A stretch of 27,021 nucleotides of DNA from a bacterium (GTDB lineage Bacteria; Oederibacteriota; PGYV01; Palsa-1178). Numbering within the stretch: the stretch's first letter is position 1; each line of letters opens with the position of its first letter. Below the pieces are notes generated by a model. It was not told the origin of the DNA and made no database searches. It saw only the letters and a program-made list of their open reading frames with translations. Position numbers and translations under genes: made by a program. The stretch covers positions 1-27,021 of the forward strand of contig JBAXIL010000022.1 in NCBI GenBank assembly GCA_037138355.1, written 5' to 3'. This document shows positions 6,638 to 15,557 of this stretch, piece by piece.

Positions 6638-8992
6638 TTATTTTTTAGTTATTTTCTTTTTGACACTTGGTCTTAGAGATATTTTCTGTTTTACAGTAGG
6701 AGCACTTTGCTGTATGGCCTGTTTTGAAATCTTTGGTATTTGTGCTGCAGGAATTTTTTGTGCTTCTGGTCTGGCAACTGGTGTTACTGGTACTATCACT
6801 ACTGGTTTTAGTGTTTGTATGGTTTGCGGATGAAACTTAGGAACATGATGTGGCTTAGAAAATTGTTGATGAGTCTTAGAAAATGACTGATTTGGCTTTG
6901 AAAAGTGTTGATTAGATTTTGAAAAATGCTGATTTGCTTTTGAAAAATGTGTTTGCGGTCTTGCTGCATGTGATTGCTGGTTTGCTATAGGACTATGCGT
7001 TTTGTTTTCTGTTGTAGTTGCTGGGGGAAGTGGTTTTGATACAATTATCGCAGGTCTTATACCAGTTAATTTATATTTGATATAGTTAATCTTGCCACCA
7101 ATCAAAACTATATCCCGCTCGCGTTCGGATAACTGGCAAAATAATTTAACTTCTATATTGCCATTTACTTTACAGACAATATTTTTACCTGTTTTCAAAT
7201 TAGTTGCTACATCTACAAGCTCAAGTCTGTCTCCTGGTTGTATCTTGTCATAGTCCTTCGGGTTGGTAAAGTTAAGTGGTAATAAACCAAAATTAATCAG
7301 GTTAGCTTTGTGAATGCGGGCAAAAGATTTTGTGATAACCGCTTTTATGCCTAAGTGCATGGGTGCTAAAGCCGCATGTTCTCTGGAAGAACCCTGACCA
7401 TAGTTATCGCCACCTATTATGAATCCCCCATTTTCCCTAACAGCGCGATTATAAAACTCTGCATCTATCTTAATAAAGACATGTTTTGATATTTCAGGAA
7501 TATTAGAGCGAAGAGGAAGTATCTTTGCACCAGCAGGCATTATGTCATCTGTTGTGATATTATCGCCAGTTTTAATAAGTGCCTTACCGGATAAAACTTC
7601 TGCTATAGGGTTACCAAGAGGGAGTGGCTTAATGTTTGGACCCATAACTATATTAACATTTTTTGATTGAGCAGGTGATAGTGGTTCTAAAAGAAGTGCA
7701 TCATCTACTGGAAACTTATTAAGTGCGGTAAAGACTGGATATTTGCCGAGTTTCTTTGGTTCGGTAATTTCTCCAAATATAGCTGCAGCTACAGCAGTTT
7801 CAACACTTGATAAAAATATGGAAGCGTCTGCTGTGCCAGAGCGGCCTTTAAAATTTCTATTAAAAGTTCTGACTGAAACAGCACCAGAAGATGGAGCATG
7901 TCCCATTCCTATGCAAGGTCCACAGGCCGATTCAACTATTCTTGCACCTGCTTCTAAAAAGTATGAAAGTGCACCGTTTTGTATTAAGGCATTCAGTATT
8001 GTCTTTGAGCCAGGTGCTACTATAAAAGAAACATCTTTATGAACTTTTTTCCCTTTAAGTGCAAGCGCTGCAATCATTAGGTCTTTATAGGAAGAGTTGG
8101 TGCAGCTTCCTATAATTACTTGGTTTACTTTTTGTCCTTTTATTTCTTTGACTTCTTTGACGGCATCAGGAGAGTGTGGCAAAGCTACCATAGGCTCGAC
8201 TTTGGCAAGATTGATTTCAAAAATTTCTTTATATTGTGCTTTTGCATCTGCAGCAAATGCCTTGTAGTCTTTTGCTCTGCCAAATGCTTTTAAAAACTTT
8301 TGTGTATTAATGTCAGAAGGGAATATGGAAGTTGTGGCTCCGAGCTCTGCACCCATGTTTGTAATTGTGGCGCGTTCAGGGACTGATAAAGTTTTTACTC
8401 CATCACCAAAATATTCAAACACTCTGTTAATTCCGCCTGTTACAGTATATTTTTTTAAAACAGTTAATATAATATCTTTTGCTGAGGACCAAGCAGGAAG
8501 CTTGCCTTTCAATTTAATACCTATTACTTCAGGACAGGTAAGTGAATATGGATAACCAGCCATAGCAGAAGCTACTTCAAGTCCACCTACGCCTATGGCA
8601 ATCATTCCCACGCCTCCGGCAGTAGGAGTATGGCTATCAGAACCTATTAAGGTATCTCCTGGCTTGGCAAATCTTTCAGAATGAACTTGATGGCATATAC
8701 CATTGCCTGGCTTTGAAAAGTAAAGGCCAAATTTTTCGGCAGTGGTTTGTAAAAAAATATGATCATCGGCATTTTCAAAACCTGTTTGCAGGGTATTGTG
8801 GTCCACATAGCTGACAGAAAGCTTTGTGGATATTTTAGGAAGGTTGAAGTTAATAAACTCCAGATAAGCCATAGTACCAGTGGCATCTTGTGTTAAGGTC
8901 TGGTCAATTTTAATTGATATTTCAGTGCCTGGTTCAAGCTTTCCGGCTTCTAAATGTTTTTTTAGAATCTTTTCCGTGAGTGTACCTTTCAT
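6638..8992 (-). CDS. acn: Aconitate hydratase (compact ~640-aa type) with ~145-aa low-complexity C-terminal extension
   Basis: DQTLTQDATGT, DHN, GICHQVH, GSDSHT, IGSCTN and CGPCIG Fe-S cysteines, TFNRNFKGR, fused swivel domain DNITTDDI / NYGQGSSREHAA; SD AAGGAG. Confidence 0.93.
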   Translation of the reverse strand: MKGTLTEKILKKHLEAGKLEPGTEISIKIDQTLTQDATGTMAYLEFINFNLPKISTKLSVSYVDHNTLQTGFENADDHIFLQTTAEKFGLYFSKPGNGICHQVHSERFAKPGDTLIGSDSHTPTAGGVGMIAIGVGGLEVASAMAGYPYSLTCPEVIGIKLKGKLPAWSSAKDIILTVLKKYTVTGGINRVFEYFGDGVKTLSVPERATITNMGAELGATTSIFPSDINTQKFLKAFGRAKDYKAFAADAKAQYKEIFEINLAKVEPMVALPHSPDAVKEVKEIKGQKVNQVIIGSCTNSSYKDLMIAALALKGKKVHKDVSFIVAPGSKTILNALIQNGALSYFLEAGARIVESACGPCIGMGHAPSSGAVSVRTFNRNFKGRSGTADASIFLSSVETAVAAAIFGEITEPKKLGKYPVFTALNKFPVDDALLLEPLSPAQSKNVNIVMGPNIKPLPLGNPIAEVLSGKALIKTGDNITTDDIMPAGAKILPLRSNIPEISKHVFIKIDAEFYNRAVRENGGFIIGGDNYGQGSSREHAALAPMHLGIKAVITKSFARIHKANLINFGLLPLNFTNPKDYDKIQPGDRLELVDVATNLKTGKNIVCKVNGNIEVKLFCQLSERERDIVLIGGKINYIKYKLTGIRPAIIVSKPLPPATTTENKTHSPIANQQSHAARPQTHFSKANQHFSKSNQHFSKPNQSFSKTHQQFSKPHHVPKFHPQTIQTLKPVVIVPVTPVARPEAQKIPAAQIPKISKQAIQQSAPTVKQKISLRPSVKKKITKK
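6848..6952 (-). repeat. 21-bp / 7-aa tandem repeat x5 in the aconitase tail
   Basis: THFSKAN QHFSKSN QHFSKPN QSFSKTH QQFSKPH. Confidence 0.9.
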
Positions 8993-9109
8993 TTCGTTCT
9001 CCTTGGGTTTTATAAGAATCAGTTACTTGCAGGACAAAAGTGCATTAGTAATATTATTATAATAGAGAGTATTTGTAAACAGGTTTTTTTATGATTTATA
9101 AAATATATT

Positions 9110-9143
9110 AAAAAAACCGGGAGCGAAAAATTCGCTCCCGGTT
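9110..9143 (-). terminator. Rho-independent terminator of the lipoprotein gene
   Basis: AACCGGGAGCGAA-aaa-TTCGCTCCCGGTT with the U-tract on the minus strand. Confidence 0.9.
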
Positions 9144-9178
9144 AACTGTCTCAATTTAATTTATTTATTAAGTGTTAT

Positions 9179-10831
9179 CTAAGGTATTACATTTAGCGTA
9201 ATATTTTTTGTATCATTAATTGCAGGATTGACAAGGAAAGTGGTTGAAGCATCTATATAAAATCCAAAATAATCACCTGTTGTTGGTCCACCGCCACCAC
9301 CATTCATAAATCCTGTATTGTCCACAACTGCATATAAGTGATAATATCCAGGTATTGGGCATAACATATTGTAAGTTACGCTTGTGCTTAATCCACATGC
9401 ACCCATTGTCGCTGATAAATAACCATTGCCACCATCAGTATCAGTGTCTAAAATGACAGCATATACTTTTCCAAATGCTGCGGCTGGAAGCGTGAGAGTT
9501 CCGCTAAGATTGTTTGTTGCCGCTACTAAAGTCACATTTTTAGTAACTGGGGTGGAATCTGCTATGATTACATTTGCAGCGCCTGGCCATGTTGGATAAG
9601 TTGTACCATGCACCCCAACATTATCTCCGGCATTTGGAGCACCACCAGAGTCGTCTTTGTCAACATACGCTACAATATAATATGTTCCTGTCGGAACTGC
9701 CATAGGCCCGTAAGAAATGGAGGTTCCAGCTCCGCAGATGCCTTTATAATCATAAGTTGTGCCGCTGCCAATAGAAGATAAATCTGAAACGACTGTGACG
9801 CCAAATGATTTACCAACTGCTGCTGCAGGAAGGGTAAGAGTTCCTGAAAGATTTCCTGAAGGGTTTGGAGTTGAAGTCGCTTCAATTGTGTTAGTAGGTG
9901 ATTGAGTAGCTGTTGATGAATGTGTCATTGTTGCTGTATGTGTTGATGTAGGTATTGGAGTAGAAGTTGAGACTGGGGTTCCGCCTATAATGCTCAAAGT
10001 AATATTTTTTGTGTCATTAATTGACGGATTAGCAACGAAAGAAACTGCTGGTTCTCCTCCGTAAGCCCCATAATAATCACCGTTTATAGGTCCTCCTCCA
10101 CCTGTGAGAAATCCTGTAATATCTACAATTGCATATAAATAGTAAGTTCCTGGAAGTGGACTGAGCATACTATAACTCACACTCGTACTTACTCCACATA
10201 CACCAAATTCCGCTGTGACATAACCATTACCACCATTAGTATCAGAGTCCAATATTACAACATATGTTCTTCCTGCTACTGCAGATGGAAGAGTGAGAGT
10301 ACCGCTTAAGTTTTTATTTGCTGTAGCTAAAGTTATGTTGGCAGTAACTGGAGTGGTATCTGCAATGATTACATTTGCAGCGCCAGGCCAAGTTGGATAA
10401 GTTGAGCCATGCACACCAATATAATCACCGGCTGTTGGGGCTTGACCTGAATTGTCGTTATCTACAACTCCTATGACAAAATAAGTTCCAGTTGGGACTG
10501 CGATAGGGCCATAAGCTACGGTTGTGCTTGCTCCGCATACGCCTGAAAAATTATAAGTAGTCCCTCCACTGATTAAATCTGAAATGCTTGAAAAAACAAT
10601 AACTTGAAATATTTTTCCAGAGGCTGCAGCAGGTAGGGTAAGGTTTCCTGAAAGATTACCTGAAGGATTTGGAGTAGAAGTTGGAGCAACTGTTACGGTA
10701 CCTCCAGGAATTACAGCAGTATTTGTTGCTGTACCTGTGGGAGTTGTATCTGCCGTAGTAGGCGAATTCTTACATGAAGCAAATGCAAAAATGATAAGGA
10801 CAATAATAAATAGTAAAGCTGATTTTTTCAT
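9179..10831 (-). CDS. Lipoprotein with two tandem copies of a ~230-aa beta-rich module and Thr/Pro-rich linkers
   Basis: Signal peptide MKK-hydrophobic-FASC (lipobox Cys20); internal duplication with 804-nt offset; SD AAGGAG. Confidence 0.85.
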   Translation of the reverse strand: MKKSALLFIIVLIIFAFASCKNSPTTADTTPTGTATNTAVIPGGTVTVAPTSTPNPSGNLSGNLTLPAAASGKIFQVIVFSSISDLISGGTTYNFSGVCGASTTVAYGPIAVPTGTYFVIGVVDNDNSGQAPTAGDYIGVHGSTYPTWPGAANVIIADTTPVTANITLATANKNLSGTLTLPSAVAGRTYVVILDSDTNGGNGYVTAEFGVCGVSTSVSYSMLSPLPGTYYLYAIVDITGFLTGGGGPINGDYYGAYGGEPAVSFVANPSINDTKNITLSIIGGTPVSTSTPIPTSTHTATMTHSSTATQSPTNTIEATSTPNPSGNLSGTLTLPAAAVGKSFGVTVVSDLSSIGSGTTYDYKGICGAGTSISYGPMAVPTGTYYIVAYVDKDDSGGAPNAGDNVGVHGTTYPTWPGAANVIIADSTPVTKNVTLVAATNNLSGTLTLPAAAFGKVYAVILDTDTDGGNGYLSATMGACGLSTSVTYNMLCPIPGYYHLYAVVDNTGFMNGGGGGPTTGDYFGFYIDASTTFLVNPAINDTKNITLNVIP

Positions 10832-10923
10832 TTTGATCTCCTTTTATATATATTTAATAGCTTATTTTTTTGATTTGTTTGTGTTAATTATTTTGTCAGC
10901 AATTATTATGATCCTCTTTTACT

Positions 10924-10952
10924 AAAATACAATAATTAATACTACTTGTCAA
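10924..10952 (-). promoter_or_regulatory. Putative sigma70 promoter for the lipoprotein gene
   Basis: Minus strand TTGACA-N17-TATTTT. Confidence 0.45.
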
Positions 10953-11070
10953 GTGGTAATATAAAAAAGAATTATGGTTTTAAAACCATATGAAGCAAAT
11001 AACACCAATATTAAAAGGTATTTAAACGAGCAAAGGACATACACTATTTTCATTAAAAAGTAGAACACTA

Positions 11071-11113
11071 TTGACTTCAATTCGAAAACCGACTATTATA
11101 GTAAAACAGTCGG
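11071..11113 (+). promoter_or_regulatory. tetR promoter with overlapping inverted-repeat operator
   Basis: TTGACT-N17-TATTAT (11071-11099); CCGACT-N13-AGTCGG (11089-11113) spans the -10 and start site. Confidence 0.55.
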
Positions 11114-11140
11114 ATGCCATTCTATAAACAAAGGAGTTTT

Positions 11141-11710
11141 ATGAAAGAAACAAAAAATCTTATTATTAGAACCGCGAAAAAACTTTTTGCAAAAAACGGA
11201 TTGACTGATACTACTATGGATGATGTGGCGAAGGAAGCGCACATAGGAAAAGGCACCATATATCATTATTTTGAATCAAAGGAACAGGTGTATTGTCTGA
11301 TAATTGAGCAGGACATGGCAGAAATAAAAATAGAACTTGAAAAAATTGTAGAGGCAGAAAACACACCTGATAAAAAGTTAGCAGCATATATAATGGGACG
11401 AATGAAACTTATGTCGCGGTTCTCAGGATTTTATCAAATGTTTAAAAAAGATTATATAGATTATTATGGGTATATAAGAAAAGCATATGAGAAATATCAG
11501 GATTTTGAAACAGAAAATATAAGAAAGTTTATAAATGATGGAGTAGAAAATAATACATTTCAAGTAGAAGATAAAAAATTTACGGCTTTTGTTATTGTTC
11601 AAATAATAAAAGGTTTGGAATATCAGCTGGCGCTTGAAAAACCAGAAGATGTTGAGAAAAAAGTTGAAATGGTTTTAAAAATGCTTATGGTGGGAATAGT
11701 TAAAAAATAA
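11141..11710 (+). CDS. TetR/AcrR family transcriptional regulator
   Basis: N-terminal HTH (AKKLFAKNG..TTMDDVAKEAHIGKGTIYHYFESKE); start moved to ATG 11141, which has SD AAGGAG (track start 11114). Confidence 0.93.
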   Translation: MKETKNLIIRTAKKLFAKNGLTDTTMDDVAKEAHIGKGTIYHYFESKEQVYCLIIEQDMAEIKIELEKIVEAENTPDKKLAAYIMGRMKLMSRFSGFYQMFKKDYIDYYGYIRKAYEKYQDFETENIRKFINDGVENNTFQVEDKKFTAFVIVQIIKGLEYQLALEKPEDVEKKVEMVLKMLMVGIVKK

Positions 11711-11753
11711 TAGTGAATTGGCGTTTTTTGTAATAGAAAGTTTTAAAACGGTT

Positions 11754-12290
11754 TTAATGGTATTGATTTATAATAAAATAATCATTTCCTTTTGAATCAT
11801 TGATTACCACTGCAAAAAAATCTTCTATTTCTAACTTGTATATGGCTTCTGGTCCTAATTCAGGGAAGGCGATAACTTCTGATTTCTTTACTGTCCTTGC
11901 ATATTCGGCACCAAGTCCACCCATAGCGGAAAAATAAACTGCTTTATGTTTTTCAATTGCATCTTTTACTGTTACAGATCGTTCACCTTTTCCTATCATT
12001 CCTTTTAATCCTTTGGCAAGTAAAGTAGGAGTAAATATATCCATTCTTGATGAAGTAGTCGGGCCACAGGAACCTATAATATTTCCTTCTTTGGCAGGAG
12101 TAGGCCCACAGTAGTAAATTACCTGATTGTGCATATCAAACGGGAGAGTACCTTTATTTTTTATTATTTCAACTACTTTGGCATGCGCAGCATCACGCAT
12201 GGTATATACTGTGCCTGAGATAAGAACTTCATCTCCGACTTCCAAATCAGCTATGGTCTCTGCGTCTAATGGTGCTGTTATACGTTTCAT
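11754..12290 (-). CDS. Fe-S hydro-lyase (class I fumarase / tartrate dehydratase) beta subunit
   Basis: TMRDAAH, IYYCGPTP, GPTTSSRMD, GMIGKG, ELGPEAI, DSKGN. Confidence 0.92.
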   Translation of the reverse strand: MKRITAPLDAETIADLEVGDEVLISGTVYTMRDAAHAKVVEIIKNKGTLPFDMHNQVIYYCGPTPAKEGNIIGSCGPTTSSRMDIFTPTLLAKGLKGMIGKGERSVTVKDAIEKHKAVYFSAMGGLGAEYARTVKKSEVIAFPELGPEAIYKLEIEDFFAVVINDSKGNDYFIINQYH

Positions 12291-12309
12291 TAAAAAACTC
12301 CTTTAAAAT

Positions 12310-12415
12310 CAGATAACTTCAGTTAACGACAGTTTTAAGTTAAAAGCAGTCTGGAGTTTGATTTGTTATTACTCCAAACTTAAAACTCTAAACTGTCCTT
12401 GTCTGTCTTTCTCTG
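12310..12415. repeat. Intergenic long imperfect inverted repeat with 10-bp periodic arms
   Basis: AGTTTTAAGTT/AACTTAAAACT, TGGAGT/ACTCCA, GACAGTTT/AAACTGTC; CAG at 12310/12320/12330 mirrored by CTG at 12393/12403/12413. Confidence 0.65.
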
Positions 12416-12418
12416 CGT

Positions 12419-13258
12419 TTATATTGTAAAAGTTTTATGTCTTGATGAATGACATTGTATATTAACTGCAACTGGCAGACTCGCTATGTGGCATGGTTTT
12501 GTTTCTATTTTTACTGCCAAGGCAGTTGTGTTTCCACCAAAACCAAGTGGTCCTATGTTTAATTGGTTTATTTCCGTATACAGTTCATGTTCAAGCTTGG
12601 CTGCGTTCTTATCACTTTTATTAAAATCATCAAGTTCGCGCATTAAGGCTTTTTTAGCAAGGAAGGCACAGGTTTCCATATTTCCGCCAATTCCTACTCC
12701 TATAATAAAAGGAGGACAAGCAGAGGCACCTGCTTTTCTAACTGTATCTATTACAAAACTTTTTATTCCCTCGATTCCATCTGAAGGGTTTAACATTTTA
12801 AGGGCTGATTTATTTTCTGCCCCAGCGCCTTTGGTCATAAGTGATATTTTAATATGCGGACCTTTTACAAGCTTTGTGTGTATTATGGCAGGAGTGTTTG
12901 TGCCAGTATTTTCACGGGTTAAAGGGTCGGCTACGGATTTTCTTAAAAAACCTTTTGCATAACCTGCTTCGACTCCTTTGTTAATTGCTTTGTATATGTC
13001 TCCATCTGTGGAAATCTCATTACCGACTTCAAGGAAAACTACTACTATGCCAGTGTCCTGACACAATGGATAGGTTCCTTTTTTTGCTATCTTGTGATTT
13101 TCAAGTATTTTATAAATGATTGTTTTAGCTTTTTTTGTGCCTTCTGCGTCAGCCGCTTCTTTTAAACAGGTAAATACATCATAAGGAAGATAATGATTAG
13201 CATCAATTACCAGTCTCTCAACAATGTCTGTAATTTTTTGGCACTTAATAGGTCTCAT
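12419..13258 (-). CDS. Fe-S hydro-lyase (class I fumarase / tartrate dehydratase) alpha subunit
   Basis: PLCQDTG, LRKSV, KGAGAEN, ACPP..GVGIGG, IGPLGFGG, HIASLPVAVNIQCHSSRH. Confidence 0.92.
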   Translation of the reverse strand: MRPIKCQKITDIVERLVIDANHYLPYDVFTCLKEAADAEGTKKAKTIIYKILENHKIAKKGTYPLCQDTGIVVVFLEVGNEISTDGDIYKAINKGVEAGYAKGFLRKSVADPLTRENTGTNTPAIIHTKLVKGPHIKISLMTKGAGAENKSALKMLNPSDGIEGIKSFVIDTVRKAGASACPPFIIGVGIGGNMETCAFLAKKALMRELDDFNKSDKNAAKLEHELYTEINQLNIGPLGFGGNTTALAVKIETKPCHIASLPVAVNIQCHSSRHKTFTI

Positions 13259-13292
13259 TGATACTCCTGTATTTCCATCAGAATAAAAATTG

Positions 13293-14225
13293 TTATATCT
13301 TGTCTTTTATTTTATCAATTTGTTCTTTAATGGCAGCAGCAGACTTATCTAATTGTTTCTTCTCGGACTCAGTCATTGTCATTTCTATTATCTTCTGTAA
13401 ACCAGTATGGCCTAAAGTAACAGGGAGTCCTAAAAACAAATCTTTATATCCATATTCACCTTCGGCAAGTATGGAACATGGAAGGGTACCTTTTCTGCCA
13501 GCGAGTATGCTTTCAATCATTCTTATTACTGAAGCAGCAGGCGCGTAGTAAGCACTTCCAGTTTTTAAAAGGGTTACTATTTCAGCACCACCATTGCGGG
13601 CACTGTCAGTTAATACATTTATTTCTTTTTCGGAAATTCGTGAGGCTAAATCTTTGCCTGCTACTTTGGTGTGTGAAACTAAAGGTACCATTGTGTCACC
13701 ATGAGAACCTAAAATCATTGATTCCACATATCTGCTTGGAACCTCAAACTTGTTTTGTAGAAAATGATAAAATCTGTAAGTGTCTAAAATGCCAGCCATT
13801 CCTAAAACTCTATTTCTTGGGAAACCGGTTACTTTCCAAACTGTATAAGCCATGACATCTAAAGGATTGGAAACAACGATTACAATAGGGCTTTTTTGTG
13901 ATTTTTTTATTTTTAATGAAATATCTTTTATGATTTCAAAATTCTTGAAAAGAAGGTCATCTCTTGTCATTCCTGGTTTTCTTGCCAGCCCAGCGGTAAT
14001 GACAATGATATCGCACTCGTTTATTTTATTATAGTCGTCTCCGCCATCAATTTTAGCGTCGGAATCTAATAAAAATTTTGATTGATTTAAATCAATTGCT
14101 TTACCACGAGCCATATCTGCTGCGATATCAAGTAGGTATATGTCGCCCAAGTCTTTCATTAGGGCTATGTGTGCAGTAGTGGCACCGACATTACCAGCAC
14201 CGATGATTCCGATTTTAGTTTTCAT
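13293..14225 (-). CDS. mdh: Malate dehydrogenase (LDH-like, NAD-dependent)
   Basis: GAGNVG; substrate loop GLARKPGMTRDDL with the MDH-type Arg; VSNPLD, GSHGD, LKTGSAYYAPA. Confidence 0.95.
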   Translation of the reverse strand: MKTKIGIIGAGNVGATTAHIALMKDLGDIYLLDIAADMARGKAIDLNQSKFLLDSDAKIDGGDDYNKINECDIIVITAGLARKPGMTRDDLLFKNFEIIKDISLKIKKSQKSPIVIVVSNPLDVMAYTVWKVTGFPRNRVLGMAGILDTYRFYHFLQNKFEVPSRYVESMILGSHGDTMVPLVSHTKVAGKDLASRISEKEINVLTDSARNGGAEIVTLLKTGSAYYAPAASVIRMIESILAGRKGTLPCSILAEGEYGYKDLFLGLPVTLGHTGLQKIIEMTMTESEKKQLDKSAAAIKEQIDKIKDKI

Positions 14226-14255
14226 TTCTTTAACTCCTTATATAATAATTTGAAG

Positions 14256-14347
14256 TGGTCTCAATGGTCTCAATAATCTTAATGATCTAAACGGTCTCAA
14301 CGGTCTCAATGACTTGTCCTTTTTACTTCTGAGACTACTGAGACTTT
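14256..14347. repeat. 9-bp tandem repeat x6 followed by two inverted copies (icd-mdh spacer)
   Basis: TGGTCTCAA TGGTCTCAA TAATCTTAA TGATCTAAA CGGTCTCAA CGGTCTCAA ... TGAGACTAC TGAGACTTT. Confidence 0.85.
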
Positions 14348-14349
14348 GT

Positions 14350-15552
14350 TTACATATTCTCTACAATTTTTCCTGCAAATTCCGAGCACTTAACTTCTGT
14401 AGCGCCTTCCATCTGTCTTGCCATATCGTAAGTTACAAATTTCTGTGTAAATGTTTTTTCTAAACCACTGATTATTAATTTTGCGGCTTCTACCCAACCC
14501 ATATGTTCTAACATCATAACAGCTGAGAGTATTAAAGAACCTGGATTGATTTTATCTAAGTTGGTATATTTTGGAGCAGTGCCGTGAGTCGCTTCGAACA
14601 TAGCATATTTGCCTATGTTTGCACCAGGTGCTATTCCTAAACCGCCTACTTGTGCTGCTGCGGCATCTGATAAATAATCTCCATTAAGATTTGGTGTTAC
14701 CAACACTTCGTATTCATCTGGTCTTAGCAAAACCTGCTGAAACATAGCATCGGCAATCCTATCTTTTATTATTATTTTACCATTTGTTGATATTCCAGGT
14801 TTTACATCGGCTTCTTTTATTATGGCATTGCTAAAATTTTCTTCTGCTTCTTTATAACACCATTTGGAAAAAGCACCTTCCGTATATTTCATTATGTTTC
14901 CTTTATGTACTATGGTGATGGATTTCTTATTATTTTTTATTGCGTATTGAAGAGCCATTCTCATAAGTCTGCGTGAACCAAACTCACTCATAGGTTTTAT
15001 GCCTATTCCACTCTCGGAAAGTATTGATTTATTAAAATTGTCGTTGATAAAAGAAATAACTTTTTTTGCTTCTACTGAGCCAGCTTCCCATTCTATTCCA
15101 GCATAGACATCTTCTGTATTTTCTCTAAAAATAATTATATTTAATTTCTCAGGATGTTTGACAGGGGAGGGAACATTAATAAAATATCTGACTGGTCTAA
15201 CGCAGGCAAAAAGGTCAAGTTTTTGTCTGAGTGTTACATTTAAAGATCTGATACCTCCACCTATAGGAGTAGTAAGCGGACCTTTTATAGAAACAACATA
15301 TTCTTTGACAGCTTCTATTGTTTCTTCTGGAAGGTAAGTACCAAACTTCTGGTTTGCTTTTTCTCCAGCATATATTTCTTTCCATTCTATTTTGCGTGAA
15401 CCTTTATATGCTTTCTCAACTGCATTATCAACTACCGTTCGTGTGGCTTTCCAAATATCTGGTCCTATTCCGTCGCCTTCAATGAAAGCAACAAAAGGAT
15501 TGTCAGGGACTACAAGTTCGTTCTTTTCATTTAATGTTATTTTCTCAGGCAT
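14350..15552 (-). CDS. icd: Isocitrate dehydrogenase (homodimeric, probably NADP-dependent)
   Basis: [61 protein letters not shown] 15552 has SD GGAG (alternative GTG 15561 overlaps the upstream stop). Confidence 0.96.
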   Translation of the reverse strand: MPEKITLNEKNELVVPDNPFVAFIEGDGIGPDIWKATRTVVDNAVEKAYKGSRKIEWKEIYAGEKANQKFGTYLPEETIEAVKEYVVSIKGPLTTPIGGGIRSLNVTLRQKLDLFACVRPVRYFINVPSPVKHPEKLNIIIFRENTEDVYAGIEWEAGSVEAKKVISFINDNFNKSILSESGIGIKPMSEFGSRRLMRMALQYAIKNNKKSITIVHKGNIMKYTEGAFSKWCYKEAEENFSNAIIKEADVKPGISTNGKIIIKDRIADAMFQQVLLRPDEYEVLVTPNLNGDYLSDAAAAQVGGLGIAPGANIGKYAMFEATHGTAPKYTNLDKINPGSLILSAVMMLEHMGWVEAAKLIISGLEKTFTQKFVTYDMARQMEGATEVKCSEFAGKIVENM

Positions 15553-15557
15553 TTTTT

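Noticed and set aside
6638..8992. Isopropylmalate isomerase LeuC or homoaconitase
   Set aside because: Large and swivel domains are fused in one chain, and the gene lies near citrate synthase/icd, favouring aconitase.
12486..12962. 158-aa plus-strand ORF and the other short overlapping track ORFs (e.g. 2968-3288, 13478-13855, 22066-22398, 23857-24345, 25433-25630)
   Set aside because: They are antisense or out-of-frame shadows of well-supported genes, with no recognisable motifs.
11754..13258. L-tartrate dehydratase TtdAB
   Set aside because: Cannot be excluded from motifs alone, but the position directly after mdh favours fumarase; gene symbols left blank.
14257..14307. Cluster of four GGTCTC (BsaI) sites as a sign of synthetic cloning
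   Set aside because: The sites are part of a degenerate 9-bp repeat with decayed units in phase; no vector features nearby.
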